64,000 nt of DNA from Macrostomum hystrix. Its lineage: Eukaryota > Animalia > Platyhelminthes. Shown here one piece after another: positions 1-13,019 of this stretch; position 1 is the first letter of the stretch, and the number at the start of each line of letters is the position of its first letter. The notes beneath the pieces were generated by a model. The model was not told the DNA's origin, ran no database searches, and saw only the letters and a program-made list of their open reading frames with translations. Location: assembly GCA_950097015.1 (NCBI GenBank), contig CATNEN010000003.1:6882001-6946000 (forward strand), given 5' to 3'. A program made the position numbers and the translations under genes.

Positions 1-3000
1 AGATGCCTGAGAGACTAGATCCCTAAGAAGAGCAGACTAATAAAAGACTAGATCTATGTGAGACTAGATCCATGTGAGACTAGATCCACGTGAGACTAGA
101 TCCATGTGAGACTAGATCCATGTGAGACTAGATCCACGTGAGACTAGATCCATGTGAGACAAGATCCATGTGAGACTAGATCCACATGAGACTAGATCCA
201 TGTGAGACTAGATCCACGTGAGACTAGATCCATGTGAGACTAGATCCATGTGAGACTAGATCCATGTGAGACTAGATCCATGTGAGACTAGATCCATGTG
301 AGACTAGATCCATTAAAGAATAGATCCCTGAGAGACTAGATCTATGGGAGACTAGATCCTTGTAAGACTAGATCCATGTGAGACTAGATCCATGTGAGAC
401 TAGATCCACGTGAGACTAGATCCATGTGAGACTAGATACATGTGAGACTAGATCCACATGAGACTAGATCCACGTGAGACTAGATCCACGTGAGACTAGA
501 TCCATGTGAGACTAGATCCATGTGAGACTAGATCCATGTGAGACTAGATCCATGTGAGACTAGATCCATGTGAGACTAGATCCATGTGAGACTAGATCCC
601 TGAGAGACTAGATCCATATGAGACTAGATCCACGTGAGACTAGATCCATGTGAGACTAGATCCACGTGAGACTAGATCCATGTGAGACTAGATCCATGTG
701 AGACTAGATCCACGTGAGACTAGATCCCTGAGAGACTAGATCCATGTGAGACTAGATCCACGTGAGACTAGATCCATGTGAGACTAGATCCACATGAGAC
801 TAGATCCCTGAGAGACTAGATCCACATGAGACTAGATCCATGTGAGACTAGATCCCTGAGAGACTAGATCCACATGAGACTAGATCCACATGAGACTAGA
901 TCCACATGAGACTAGATCCACATGAGACTAGATCCATGTGAGACTAGATCCACATGAGACTAGATCCACGTGAGACTAGATCCACATGAGACTAGATCCA
1001 CACGAGACTAGATCCACATGAGACTAGATCCACATGAGTCTAGATCCACATGAGACTAGATCCACGTGAGACTAGATCCACGTGAGACTAGATCCACATG
1101 AGTCTAGATCCACATGAGACTAGATCCACATGAGTCTAGATCCATGTGAGACTAGATCCACATGAGACTAGATCCACATGAGACTAGATCCACATGAGAC
1201 TAGATCCACACGAGACTAGATCCACATGAGACTAGATCCACATGAGTCTAGATCCACATGAGACTAGATCCATGTGAGACTAGATCCCTGAGAGACTAGA
1301 TCCACATGAGACTAGATCCACATGAGTCTAGATCCACATGAGACTAGATCCACGTGAGACTAGATCCACATGAGACTAGATCCACACGAGACTAGATCCA
1401 CATGAGACTAGATCCACATGAGTCTAGATCCACATGAGACTAGATCCACGTGAGACTAGATCCACATGAGACTAGATCCACATGAGTCTAGATCCACATG
1501 AGACTAGATCCACATGAGTCTAGATCCATGTGAGACTAGATCCACGTGAGACTAGATGCCTGACAGACTAGATTACTGAGACTAGATGCCTGAGAGACTA
1601 GATGCCTGAGAGACTAGATCCCTAAGAAGAGCAGATTAATAAGAGACTAGATCTATGTGAGACTAGATCCATGTGAGACTAGATCCACGTGAGACTAGAT
1701 CCATGTGAGACTAGATCCATGTGAGACTAGATCCACGTGAGACTAGATCCATGTGAGACAAGATCCATGTGAGACTAGATCCACATGAGACTAGATCCAT
1801 GTGAGACTAGATCCACGTGAGACTAGATCCATGTGAGACTAGATCCATGTGAGACTAGATCCATGTGAGACTAGATCCATGTGAGACTAGATCCATGTGA
1901 GACTAGATCCATTAAAGAATAGATCCCTGAGAGACTAGATCTATGGGAGACTAGATCCTTGTAAGACTAGATCCATGTGAGACTAGATCCATGTGAGACT
2001 AGATCCACGTGAGACTAGATCCATGTGAGACTAGATCCATGTGAGACTAGATCCACATGAGACTAGATCCACGTGAGACTAGATCCACGTGAGACTAGAT
2101 CCATGTGAGACTAGATCCATGTGAGACTAGATCCATGTGAGACTAGATCCATGTGAGACTAGATCCATGTGAGACTAGATCCATGTGAGACTAGATCCCT
2201 GAGAGACTAGATCCATATGAGACTAGATCCACGTGAGACTAGATCCATGTGAGACTAGATCCACGTGAGACTAGATCCATGTGAGACTAGATCCATGTGA
2301 GACTAGATCCACATGAGTCTAGATCCACATGAGACTAGATCCATGTGAGACTAGATCCACGTGAGACTAGATCCATGTGAGACTAGATCCACATGAGACT
2401 AGATCCCTGAGAGACTAGATCCACATGAGACTAGATCCATGTGAGACTAGATCCCTGAGAGACTAGATCCACATGAGACTAGATCCACATGAGTCTAGAT
2501 CCACATGAGACTAGATCCACGTGAGACTAGATCCACATGAGACTAGATCCACACGAGACTAGATCCACATGAGACTAGATCCACATGAGTCTAGATCCAC
2601 ATGAGACTAGATCCACGTGAGACTAGATCCACGTGAGACTAGATCCACATGAGTCTAGATCCACATGAGACTAGATCCACATGAGTCTAGATCCATGTGA
2701 GACTAGATCCACATGAGACTAGATCCACGTGAGACTAGATCCACATGAGACTAGATCCACACGAGACTAGATCCACATGAGACTAGATCCACATGAGTCT
2801 AGATCCACATGAGACTAGATCCATGTGAGACTAGATCCCTGAGAGACTAGATCCACATGAGACTAGATCCACATGAGTCTAGATCCACATGAGACTAGAT
2901 CCACGTGAGACTAGATCCACATGAGACTAGATCCACACGAGACTAGATCCACATGAGACTAGATCCACATGAGTCTAGATCCACATGAGACTAGATCCAC

Positions 3001-3900
3001 GTGAGACTAGATCCACATGAGACTAGATCCACATGAGTCTAGATCCACATGAGACTAGATCCACATGAGTCTAGATCCATGTGAGACTAGATCCACGTGA
3101 GACTAGTTCCACACGAGACTAGATCCACATGAGACTAGATCCACATGAGTCTAGATCCACATGAGACTAGATCCACGTGAGACTAGATCCACGTGAGACT
3201 AGATCCACATGAGACTAGATCCACATGAGTCTAGATCCACATGAGACTAGATCCACGTGAGACTAGATCCACACGAGACTAGATCCACATGAGACTAGAT
3301 CCACATGAGTCTAGATCCACATGAGACTAGATCCACGTGAGACTAGATCCACACGAGACTAGATCCACATGAGACTAGATCCACACGAGACTAGATCCAC
3401 ATGAGACTAGATCCACATGAGTCTAGATCCACATGAGACTAGATCCACGTGAGACTAGATCCACGTGAGACTAGATCCACATGAGACTAGATCCACATGA
3501 GTCTAGATCCACATGAGACTAGATCCACGTGAGACTAGATACACACGAGACTAGATCCACATGAGACTAGATCCACATGAGTCTAGATCCACATGAGACT
3601 AGATCCACGTGAGACTAGATCCACACGAGACTAGATCCACATGAGACTAGATCCACATGAGTCTAGATCCACATGAGACTAGATCCACGTGAGACTAGAT
3701 CCACACGAGACTAGATCCACATGAGACTAGATCCACATGAGTCTAGATCCACATGAGACTAGATCCACATGAGACTAGATCCCTGAAAGACTAGATCCAC
3801 ATGAGTCTAGATCCACACGAGACTAGATCCACATGAGACTAGATCCCTGACGGAATTGATCCATGTGAGACTAGTTCCCTGAGAGACTCGATACTGAGAG
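1..3900. repeat. 16-bp minisatellite (GAGACTAGATCCAYRT)n with a 1599-bp higher-order duplication
   Basis: Continuous 16-bp units. Rare variant blocks (CCCTAAGAAGAGCAG; CATTAAAGAATAG) recur at 1/1600 and 311/1910, an offset of 1599. Runs off the left edge. Confidence 0.97.
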
Positions 3901-4133
3901 ACTATTCTGAGATACTGAGATCATAAATACACTGCATTCGTATTATAGAAATGTAACAGCCATTCTTTCTGAACCTTTTCTTACCAGTTAACTTTACGTA
4001 TGTTTTGTGACTTTCAGGCTTGTCAATTTCGAAAATTAGCTGCAAATGGATCAGAATGAATAACAAAATATTTTGGCTTTGTATTTTTTGTAATTTTCAG
4101 GTAATCCTGTTGATACTCGGAGACTTAACTAAC

Positions 4134-7100
4134 CAATGTTGCTTCTTGCTCTTTGAACACATCGTTCTTCTCTAGAACTTTGATCCAATCTTGTGCACTG
4201 AGATGACTCAGCATGTCCAAGTAGCACCATGAAAGATGACAGCTTGCCTGCTTGCGAGATATACCATGGGCATGGAGGAAGATGAGTCTGTGAGTTTGGA
4301 TTGACAGACAGACGATAAAAAGCTTCTCTAAGCCCTAAAGTGGCAATTCCCTGCTTTCTATAATAATAATAAAAAATTGATTACACCTGCCCCAATTGGG
4401 TCAGATGTGCAGCCGACAGCACAGCCGCAGCTAATGCGCGGCGCATCTGAAGGCTGCGTACAGCTGTTCAGTCCATGGACTGGGGGGACGCCACACCCAC
4501 CTTCAATTATCCCAGCTGATGCTGGTACCCATTTATCAGATGGGTGAACTGAAGCAATGCAGAGTTAAGTGTCTTGCTAAAGGACACAAATTGTTCAGGG
4601 GAGTCGGGAATCGAACCCCCGACCTTCAAGTCGTGAGTCCGACGCCCTAACCACTAGGCTACAACCTCTACCTTACTATATTTCTACTAAAAATGCTGTT
4701 AAAGCGAATTACTCTCTGAACAATTGAGACAGGGTTTTTAATGGTATATTGAATATTCTGGTATTAGACGGGGGTCGGTAGTGGTCTAACGCCTCTTGCA
4801 CCAAGGGCCCTGAGCTCGATTCCGCGGCGAGGCCACATTCATTTAGGGTGCAGCCGCGGAGAGAAGGCTTGCGGGGCTTGTCGCGCAATCTACGCCCTTG
4901 AGGGCCAACCTCCAAGGCAAAGTGAGAGTGTACACTGCCTGACGATGAGAAAGTCAGGGCAGATGTACACACCTGTGTGAGCGTGTGCCTGCGTACGGTA
5001 TCTGTGTGCGTTTGTACTCAGGAGTCCTCGCTGGCTGCGGGTCCAGTGTCACCAAATGATGTGCCGCAACCCTCCTGCAATTATTATTTATTGTTATTAA
5101 TACTGGTAATTGCCGAAATCTAACCTTTGCACTTTCATTTCCATAGCGACTGAAGCTAGCTCTGATTTTTTCGCTGTAATTGGTCTCACTGTCACTGGGA
5201 GCTGTGACCAGGCCGAACAGTCTGTCAACCTTTGGTAACACCTGGCGGTTCCGCTGCGGAGTCAAATACTGGCTCTGGCTCGTATCGGTTTCACTGCGGA
5301 GAATGTAGGCATAGACTGGCGTCCAGGTGGCCATGTCGCGGTGCTTTGATTCAGCTGGTTCGTCAGTGAGGGTTGATGCGGAAAACGAGGCCACAGGTAA
5401 ATTATGCGAAATAGTGGCATGTTGGAAAGTCTGAGTTATGAGATTCCAAGCTCAGACGAGACGGAAGCTGAGATAGAAACCGTACCATCATAACATATAA
5501 TAAAGTAATATCATGACATCCTGAGCACAACAACCCAACAGCACACAACTTACAATCCCTTCACTCTTGAGCCTCTACAACCCCCAGCCTCAGACACTCA
5601 ACCCACAACCCCAGACACCCAACCCACAGCCTCAGACACCCAACCCACAGCCTCAGACACCCAACTCACAACCTCAGACACCCAACCCACAGCCTCAGAC
5701 AACCAACTCACAGCATCAGACACCCAACCCACAGCCTCAGACACCCAACCCACAGCCTCAGACACCCAACTCACAGCATCAGACACCCAACTCACAACCT
5801 CAGACACCCAACCCACAGCCTCAGACAACCAACTCACAGCCTCAGACACCCAACCCACAGCCTCAGACACCCAACTCACAACCTCAGACAACCAACCCAC
5901 AACGTCAGACACCCAACCCACAGCCTCAGACACCCAACCCACAGCGTCAGACACCCAACCCACAGCATCAGACACCCAACCCACAGCGTCAGACACCCAA
6001 CCCACAGCATCAGACACCCAACCCACAGCATCAGACACCCAACTCACAACCTCAGACACCCAACCCACAACGTCAGACACCCAACCCACAGCCTCAGACA
6101 CCCAACCCACAGCGTCAGACACCCAACCCACAGCATCAGACACCCAACCCACAGCATCAGACACCCAACCCACAGCCTCAAACACCCAACCCACAACGTC
6201 AGACACCCAACCCACAGCCTCAGACACCCAACCCACAACGTCAGACACCCAACCCACAACCTCAGACACCCAACCCACAACGTCAAACACCCAGCCCACA
6301 ACGTCAGACACCCAACCCACAGCATCAGACACCCAACCCACAGCGTCAGACACCCAACCCACAGCCTCAGACACCCAACCCACAACGTCAGACACCCAAC
6401 CCACAGCGTCAGACACCCAACCCACAACGTCAGACACCCAACCCACAACGTCAGACACCCAACCCACAGCATCAGACACCCAGGGACTACTGAATACTCT
6501 TTAGTAGTCCTTAGTAGTACCTTCGGGTATTTAGTGGTCCCTGCAGACACCCAACCAAACTCCCCAGACACCCTTAGTCATTTGTTGCACCTGAAACTCA
6601 CATGGTATGTAGAAACCATAAAATGTAGTTCGACTCTGTGTTTCCAGCACGATGACAATCTTGGATCCTTCGAATTTATCTTCCCCAAAAGCCGCATCCA
6701 CTAGCAGCACTTTCGTCTGTTCATCAGAAGGGCCGCAGCACTCGAACACTAGATAATGCAGCGTTTTTCCTTCCGGATCTTTCAAAGCCAGAATCGAACT
6801 GTTCGTGACGGAGTTGCTGTCTGGCAGTCGAATGCTGATGAGCAGAGCAGACGGGATTTGTGACTGCTCACGAAAGCAGGTGCTATAGGATATTTCCTCA
6901 TCGATTTCGCAATGCGCTCGGCTGTGCGACAGAGGTGTGACGACTTTCTGGAAATGAAGGGCAATTAGAAATTCAGAAATTCAAGTTTCCCTAGTAACTC
7001 GCCAATAACAAGGTGTGTAACAAGGTGTGTCAATAACAAGCCTTGACTTTCCCATCGCCGGGTAGTGTACAGTCGCACTGTGTCTTTAACTGTAGAAATA

Positions 7101-8303
7101 TCACGCTATTTTTTCACGCTGATATTGGTTCAGTAATACTAAAATGAACTATAAAATCAACAAAAATAGTCGGCATAGTTTCCAGGGGTGTTGCAAAAGT
7201 TTCCGGACTAATGCTCGTCATGGTGATAATTTTAGTCTGATTCAGCAAAAAATTTAAACAGACAAACAGTCAACTGTATTTTATAATATTATAAAGTTTC
7301 AGAAAGTTTGGAGTTGATGGTCCAAAGTAATAAGCGATTGTACACTAGATTATTATAGTCATGAATTACGATTTCCGAGTTACAGCTACCAATCACTGTC
7401 ACTGTCGCTTCTATCGCCGGATACGTCCACAGGTTGATTGCTGGCTCGCTCCACGTATTCGCCATTTACGGATATGCATTTTCGGTAGCGCTCAATCAGC
7501 TTGTCGAAGCCAGACCCCCAGAAGCTGGCATCGAACTGACGTAGAGACTTGTTGGCTGCTTCGATGACCTCCTCGCGCATTGTGAAGATCCCGCCCAGAA
7601 TTGGCATCTTCATTGGGCCAAAGAGGTGGAAATCGGCGACGGCGAGATCGGGACTGTAGGCTGGGTGGTTCAGCAGTCGTTGGAAGCTGGCTTTCTTAGA
7701 CCCGAACTCCGATGGATTCTTCGGTCGACTCATTTTCGCTGACTTTTGGTTTGTGAAAAATCGTGTCAACAGCTTCAAAGGGTTTCAACCTATTTTGGCC
7801 CTCATGTATGCTGAGGTTGACTAAGCTGCAGAAAATTTTAGGAAAAGTCTTTTCTACGGCTGAATACCATAGACATCAATTTTCAGCCAAATCAAAGGTG
7901 AATTGTCACCAGGATAGCATTAGTCCGGAAACTTTTGCAACACCCCTCGTATTTGATGGAATTTTGTGAGAATAAAAATTATCCTTATATTTTAGTCCGT
8001 GTTCCGGATTTTCATGGCGATAGGTTGAATATTTTGGGAGATACAGAAAAAAGGGAAATGTGGGTATTTAAAATACCCCCCACAGAGTCGAGCGGATTCG
8101 AGCTCAGGGACCTCTGTGGACTTCTTTCACCACTAACCCTGCTATTCAGGCACTGAACTTCTTATACATTTTCAACGCATTCAACTCACCATATTGTTTG
8201 GACTCAAGCAAGTTCTTGGCGAGCTGCCAGAAGCATCGCGAACTGCAATCAACAGTGCTAGCAGCAACACCATCGCATTGCTGAGAATCGAATTTGAAAG
8301 CAT
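4134..8303 (-). CDS. Partial multi-exon gene for a secreted protein, possibly with a divergent AMOP domain (SUSD2/Mesh-like); probably continues past the left edge
   Basis: Exon 8303-8190 (MLSNSILSNAMVLLLALLIAVRDASG..., signal-peptide-like, ends ATG|gtgagt) joins in phase 0 to open exon 6947-6602 (ttccag|KVVTPL...FYIP, T|gtgagt). Further candidate exons: ~5430-5125 (AAG|gttaga) and 4287-4134 (cacag|THLPPCPWYISQA...CVQRARS, G|gttagt). The exon 2/3 phase is unresolved. Confidence 0.5.
4359..4663 (-). mobile_element. tRNA-derived SINE, family 1 (full-length copy)
   Basis: Minus strand shows A box TAGCCTAGTGG, B box GGTTCGATTCC, a CORE-like GTGTCCTTTAGCAAGACACTTAACTC segment and a (TTA)n tail. 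Three other copies are in the window. Confidence 0.88.
4769..5100 (+). mobile_element. tRNA-derived SINE, family 2
   Basis: A-box-like GGTAGTGG, B-box-like GAGCTCGATTCC and an (ATT)n tail. An inverted homologous copy lies at 36126-36415. Confidence 0.8.
5570..6485. repeat. 21-bp minisatellite (CAGACACCCAACCCACAGCCT)n
   Basis: About 43 tandem units filling a predicted intron; the source of the PQPQTPN ORF. Confidence 0.96.
7182..7949 (-). mobile_element. Internally deleted mariner DNA transposon
   Basis: 32-bp TIRs AGGGGTGTTGCAAAAGTTTCCGGACTAATGCT (from 7184, and inverted ending 7947), TA at the right flank. ORF 7386-7778 carries the mariner C-terminal motifs HPAYSPDLAVADFHLF and YRKCISVNGEYVE. 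Confidence 0.93.
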
Positions 8304-8738
8304 CTGAGGCACACGATTCAATCCGAAAATTTCACAAAATTCACAGCAAGAATACTCAAAACAATATGAAGCCACACTGCAGATAAACAATCCACAATGC
8401 ACTGGTCAGCGCTATTCAGTATCTAATCTTGCTGGCCACAGTCACCATTCTGCCAGGTAGAGACTCGCAGAGAGCTACATGTATTCCGAGTTTATATAGG
8501 CTTGAGGTGGTCAGTTTGTCAAGGAATACCTATTTCTTAGGTTGAGTTCTCGTTATCTATATAAGGTTGCTTCAATCAAGACGTAAATGAGTACTCACTG
8601 TGCTGTGCATGCGCAGCATTTACTGCTGATCTTCTTCTATCAACCTTCTTCTATCTTCTATAGAGCCATTTTATGAACTAACTCTTCAATTACGCTCGTA
8701 CTAGCTCGTACTATGCTCTCGTATCTTTAACAGCTAGC

Positions 8739-9308
8739 TAGGACTACCAAGCCATTTTTTCCGCCTGTTTTTTATACCAAGGGAGGGAAATCTCCACTGA
8801 CAAATATTTTTGCTGCACCCGAACGGAGAAACGCAAGCACACGAAACTCAACTTTTTGTTGCGCATCTTCTGAAACAAATAATCAAGTCGCCAGCCTTTC
8901 AGACCGTCTAGATATTCAACGGTTCTGGTCGAAGGTCAGATTTTTCCCATAGGAGCTAGTGTATTTCATACCTCTGTACACAAATTTGCACAGCGCCTCA
9001 GTGCGGCATCGGGGTGTCTATATTCGGCTGGTGCCACTCGTTGAAGGTCCAGCAGCTCTGTCAAGATTAAGGTCAGTGACCACCGAAGTTGGAGATGATC
9101 CAGGCCCATTCGGGTGTGGCAAGGCCGGGGTGTTTGAAATACACTTGCTCTTACGGGGAAATCAGACCCATGAATATCTTGACGGTCTGAAGAGCTGGCG
9201 ACTTGATTCTTACTTTAAAAGATGCGCAACAAAATTTGGCCTATGTTCCTGAGTGTGGTGTGCTTGCATTGCTCCGTTCGGGTGCAGCACAAATATTTTT
9301 CAGGGGGG
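8739..9308. mobile_element. Degenerate foldback/MITE-like non-autonomous DNA element (same family as 60585-61556)
   Basis: Imperfect palindrome (TGCTGCACCCGAACGG...GTTGCGCATCTT versus AAGATGCGCAAC...CCGTTCGGGTGCAGCA). The terminus TAGGACTACCAAGCCATTTT matches the inverted terminus at 61556. Confidence 0.85.
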
Positions 9309-9568
9309 ATTTTGCCATTTGTAGTTTTAATGTTAACAAATCACAAGCAATAGTTATGACAACTACAGTCATTATATTTCGAAGTAATAGCCGATTAATT
9401 TTTTCTCTATTTTGTCATTTTTTCAACGCAATCAAAAGCAATGAGAATGAACCCTGCGTTGTGCGTGCTGCTTTTATTGTCAAACGCGAAAAGGTCGTGG
9501 TCAATGAAATTGCACTAAATAAAATTGCAAATTTTTTGCTGAATTTTGTTGAGGGAAACAGTTTGACT

Positions 9569-11624
9569 TCAATGAGGTGCAATGCTGTCACAATAGGTGA
9601 GGTTGGTGCCAATCGAACTGTTCAATGGTTGCAGGAGGCACAATTGACGCCAGTACACAGGCAGATAGGTGCCCTGGTATGACCGCACGACGATAGCTGC
9701 GGCCAGCACCAGCAACAAGCAAAGCCAGGTGATGCCTCGCCGGATCAGCACTGGTCGCAGCGGAGGTAAGATAGGCGGTCGCGCGATGTCAAACTCGATG
9801 TCGCTCTCGTAGGGCGTTGAATAGATGCGAGACGCCCGACGAACGCGTTCGACCTTCGGCACAAGAGCTGCGGTTTCAGCGTCCGGAGCAACAGTAGCTG
9901 ACTTCAAGCTGTTGTCCACACCCGTGACTCTGCTCTCGGCTACGAGGAGTTCTTTCTCCCAGTTGGTTCGCCAGATGATCAACCAGAAGATCACAGTTTC
10001 AGCGCTCAGACCAATCAGAAGGCCAACCCAGAAGCCACGAATCTCCATCCAGGTGAGCAGACTCAACGGAATACCGATAGGAATCGCAATCACATAATAC
10101 GCAATCAAGTTGACGACGGCGCCAATCAACTGTCTACCGCTGCCCTTCAGCACGCCAGAAGCTGTCGCTGAGAGTCCATCGACGTATGGGAACGGTGCGT
10201 ACACAGTCAGCAACTCTGCGGTGGCGTCTCGAATCACAGGATCGCTTGTGAACAGGCTAGCTATTAAATCTTGGCAAGTGAAAAACACGATGCAGATGAT
10301 GGTAGAAGTGGTGAGAATCATTGTGACCGCCACTCTGTAGGTGTGCTTGGCTTTCTCAATTTGCTTTGCCCCGATGTGCTGACCAACCCGGATGTTCACG
10401 GCTATCGACATGCCCAGTGACACCATGTATGACAGGAGGGCGCTCTGGAATACAATCCCTTGAGCTGCCAGCTGAAGGGTGCTGATACTGCCCGCTACAA
10501 AAGTACCGATCTAAAATGACATAACAGCGTACCAAAACTCTGCAAAAGAATATTACAAAGTTGTCAAAGTACAAAAGTAGGGAATAAGGTACTATGGAAT
10601 TACGAACCTCAAAACTAACTTCTTCCAAAGCCACAAGCATAAGCCCCGGCACTGCCAGCTTCACGAATCCGCCAATGTCGTACAGGGCCTCGATCGTCCA
10701 GCCGTCCCAAGTGTCCTCATACACTCCCGACACGCGAATGTACACAATGATTGTTGCACACATCACGAACAGAGATGCCGCCTGACACGCAGCGGACGCT
10801 TCGTACTGGAAACCGAGCACGTAGATTGCGATGTACTGCGACACTGCGTTGAACACGTTGCCGATGAAGGCGCAAACCAGTGGTGGATAGACCCGGTTCT
10901 GTGTCTGCAGGTACCGAGCCAGCACAAGGAATGTGTAGTCGAAGAACACACCAGGCATGAAGATCAGGATGTAGTGCGACGTCATGTCACTGACCACCGG
11001 GTCCTGACCCAACAGCAGCAACAGTGGCTTGATGTTGAGGTGCAGGCAGTACACGGGCACCAGAAACATGTACATGACGATGAGGCTGCGCTGCAGGTAG
11101 AGACCGACTCTCTTCTTGTACTGGCTTCCGTAGGTCTGCGCAAAGTACGTGTCACAGCCGGTGGACAAGCCCAGACCAATGCCAAGGCCAGCCACGTTGA
11201 TGAGGGTGCAGGCGAGAGCGGCGGCGTCGAGCTGTTCCTTGGACAGGTGACCGCACATGATGACGCTGATGGTCTGCAAGAACACTTGAAAGAAGCACGT
11301 CAGGAACGACGGGAGGTGCAGCTTTCCGATCTCGCGAAACTCCGCCCAATAGCCCAGAGGGAAGAAGCGTTTGCCAAATCTTTGTGGCAGAGACAGTGGC
11401 ACAGCCAGAACTGGATGGGAGTCCAATCGGTTCCTTCTGTTCAATTGAAAATGCGTGAAAATTTTAATAACTCGTCGATCACATACAATAAAATTCTAAT
11501 TTATTAAACGACTGACTTACTCTTGAGATTCTGAGTAGTTCCCTGCTGTTCCATAATTCTCTTTCTGGGAAATTCGATCCAGTCCGAGTGACTCCTGTCG
11601 CGACCTTTTGCCTGTCTCAGACAT
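9569..11624 (-). CDS. SLC47A: MATE-family multidrug and toxin extrusion transporter, copy 1 (~624 aa)
   Basis: Exons 11624-11521, 11436-10608 and 10510-9569 with GT-AG introns in phases 2 and 0. MATE motifs: ISVIMCGHLSKEQLDAAALA, GLSTGCDTYFAQTYG, SGVLKGSGRQLIGAVVNLIAYYVIAIPIG, plus an extra C-terminal TM as in metazoan SLC47. Confidence 0.93.
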
Positions 11625-13019
11625 TGTCGTCGGTGAGTTTGAGCTAATGCTGAAGTTACCTGTATTCTGGTCGTTGCCGGTTGCTGCTTACGGTAGTAGT
11701 ACAAGCGACGACTGCTCGTACTTAGATACAACAAGGCGTGCAGAGTGTCTGCCCTACAATCAAGCCTTTTTAACCGTTTTCGCCAATGTTTCAGAACCTT
11801 CCTTTCCCTGCGCAACTCATGCTCGATCGGCAGGCTCTCATACAATCTATATAGCCTGTCGCTTATCAACTTAGGGCGCGAATCGTTGGTCGCCTTGCAT
11901 CAATCGAATTGCTGTTTGAAAACGCGATAAGGTTCGGCGAGCCCAATTTTCAGGTGCCAAAACTCAAAGTGTTTGCCTATAAAATTTGAGTGGAGTACAG
12001 TGAAGTACTCAATAATATCAGTGTAGCGCATAGTGTAACCATGGTTCGAACACGTGAGTTATTGCCCTTTAAACCAACCACCAGTTGGTTCGATGTTTTG
12101 AAAAATATTGACCCAAGGTGGTAGTTATAACAAGTTTTTGATCATTCGTTATCAAACTCTAATGGTTCAATTTAGTATTCGCCCGAGCTTACTGACATCG
12201 TGTGCTCAGCGCTTTACAAATAAGAACTTAAACCTTAGAAATAAAAAATGTCCTTTTTAGTAGGCACAATGAACTAGGTGCACGTCTCATATGTTGTAAC
12301 TAATGGTCATTTTGGTCAACTATTTGTCTACGATGAAATTTATTGATCAATATAAACCCTGCTTTTCAGTAAATTTATTTCTCTATTGAGACGCGTCTGA
12401 AATAAAAGTAAAAAAGCAAAACTTTGCAGCCAATCAAGCACTAAAACAAAATAATTCTGTCTCTTCATGGCATTATTGTTTCATCGAATAATATTTTCAT
12501 TGCGTTGATGAAAAATAAATTAAAATAAGTTACTAAAACTAATGAAACTATGCACAAAAGCATACGAGTATAATCAATTTGAGGCACGCCTAGCAGCAGG
12601 TATTGACGCGAAACATTTTGCCAAAAAGCGAAATGCGAAAAAATATATAGACGGGACAATAACAGTACAGACAAACGTTTATGAACCGAACTAAAATCTG
12701 TACCACGAATGTCGAATGTCCCGTAGTGTCGTTGAGGTAAGATATGTGGTGTCATATCTTAAAGTTCAAACATAAAATTAATAAAAAACACATTTGCACT
12801 GATAATTCCATCACTATCATGCACCAGAAATCAAAATTGCTTGTCTAAGTGTTCACTTTCACCTGAATCAAAATAACTCTTAAGATAACGTTTTTCTACT
12901 GCTGATAGTGGCTGACAGAAGCCAAAAAAACACTAGTCCTTCAGCGTTGCAGCGTACCCTTCAGCGTACCTTGCCCTTCAGCGTACAACATGCGAGAAGC
13001 TATAATTGCACTCGTTGAA

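Noticed and set aside
4596-4663. tRNA-like sequence on the minus strand
   Set aside because: No proper acceptor stem, and it continues into a dispersed repeat body and tail; it is a SINE head.
4928-4971. CTGACGA...GAAA-GTC resembling a hammerhead ribozyme core (also at ~36205-36247)
   Set aside because: No stem II between CUGANGA and GAAA and no stem III; the bases form a simple hairpin instead.
5567-6571. PQPQTPN-repeat ORF (308 aa) and its antisense ORFs
   Set aside because: Stop-free reading of a 21-bp intronic minisatellite; TTG start, open on both strands.
11504-11869. 121-aa ORF overlapping MATE copy 1 exon 1
   Set aside because: TTG start and no recognisable motif; its frame is incompatible with the phase-2 splice to exon 2, whereas the ATG at 11624 fits.
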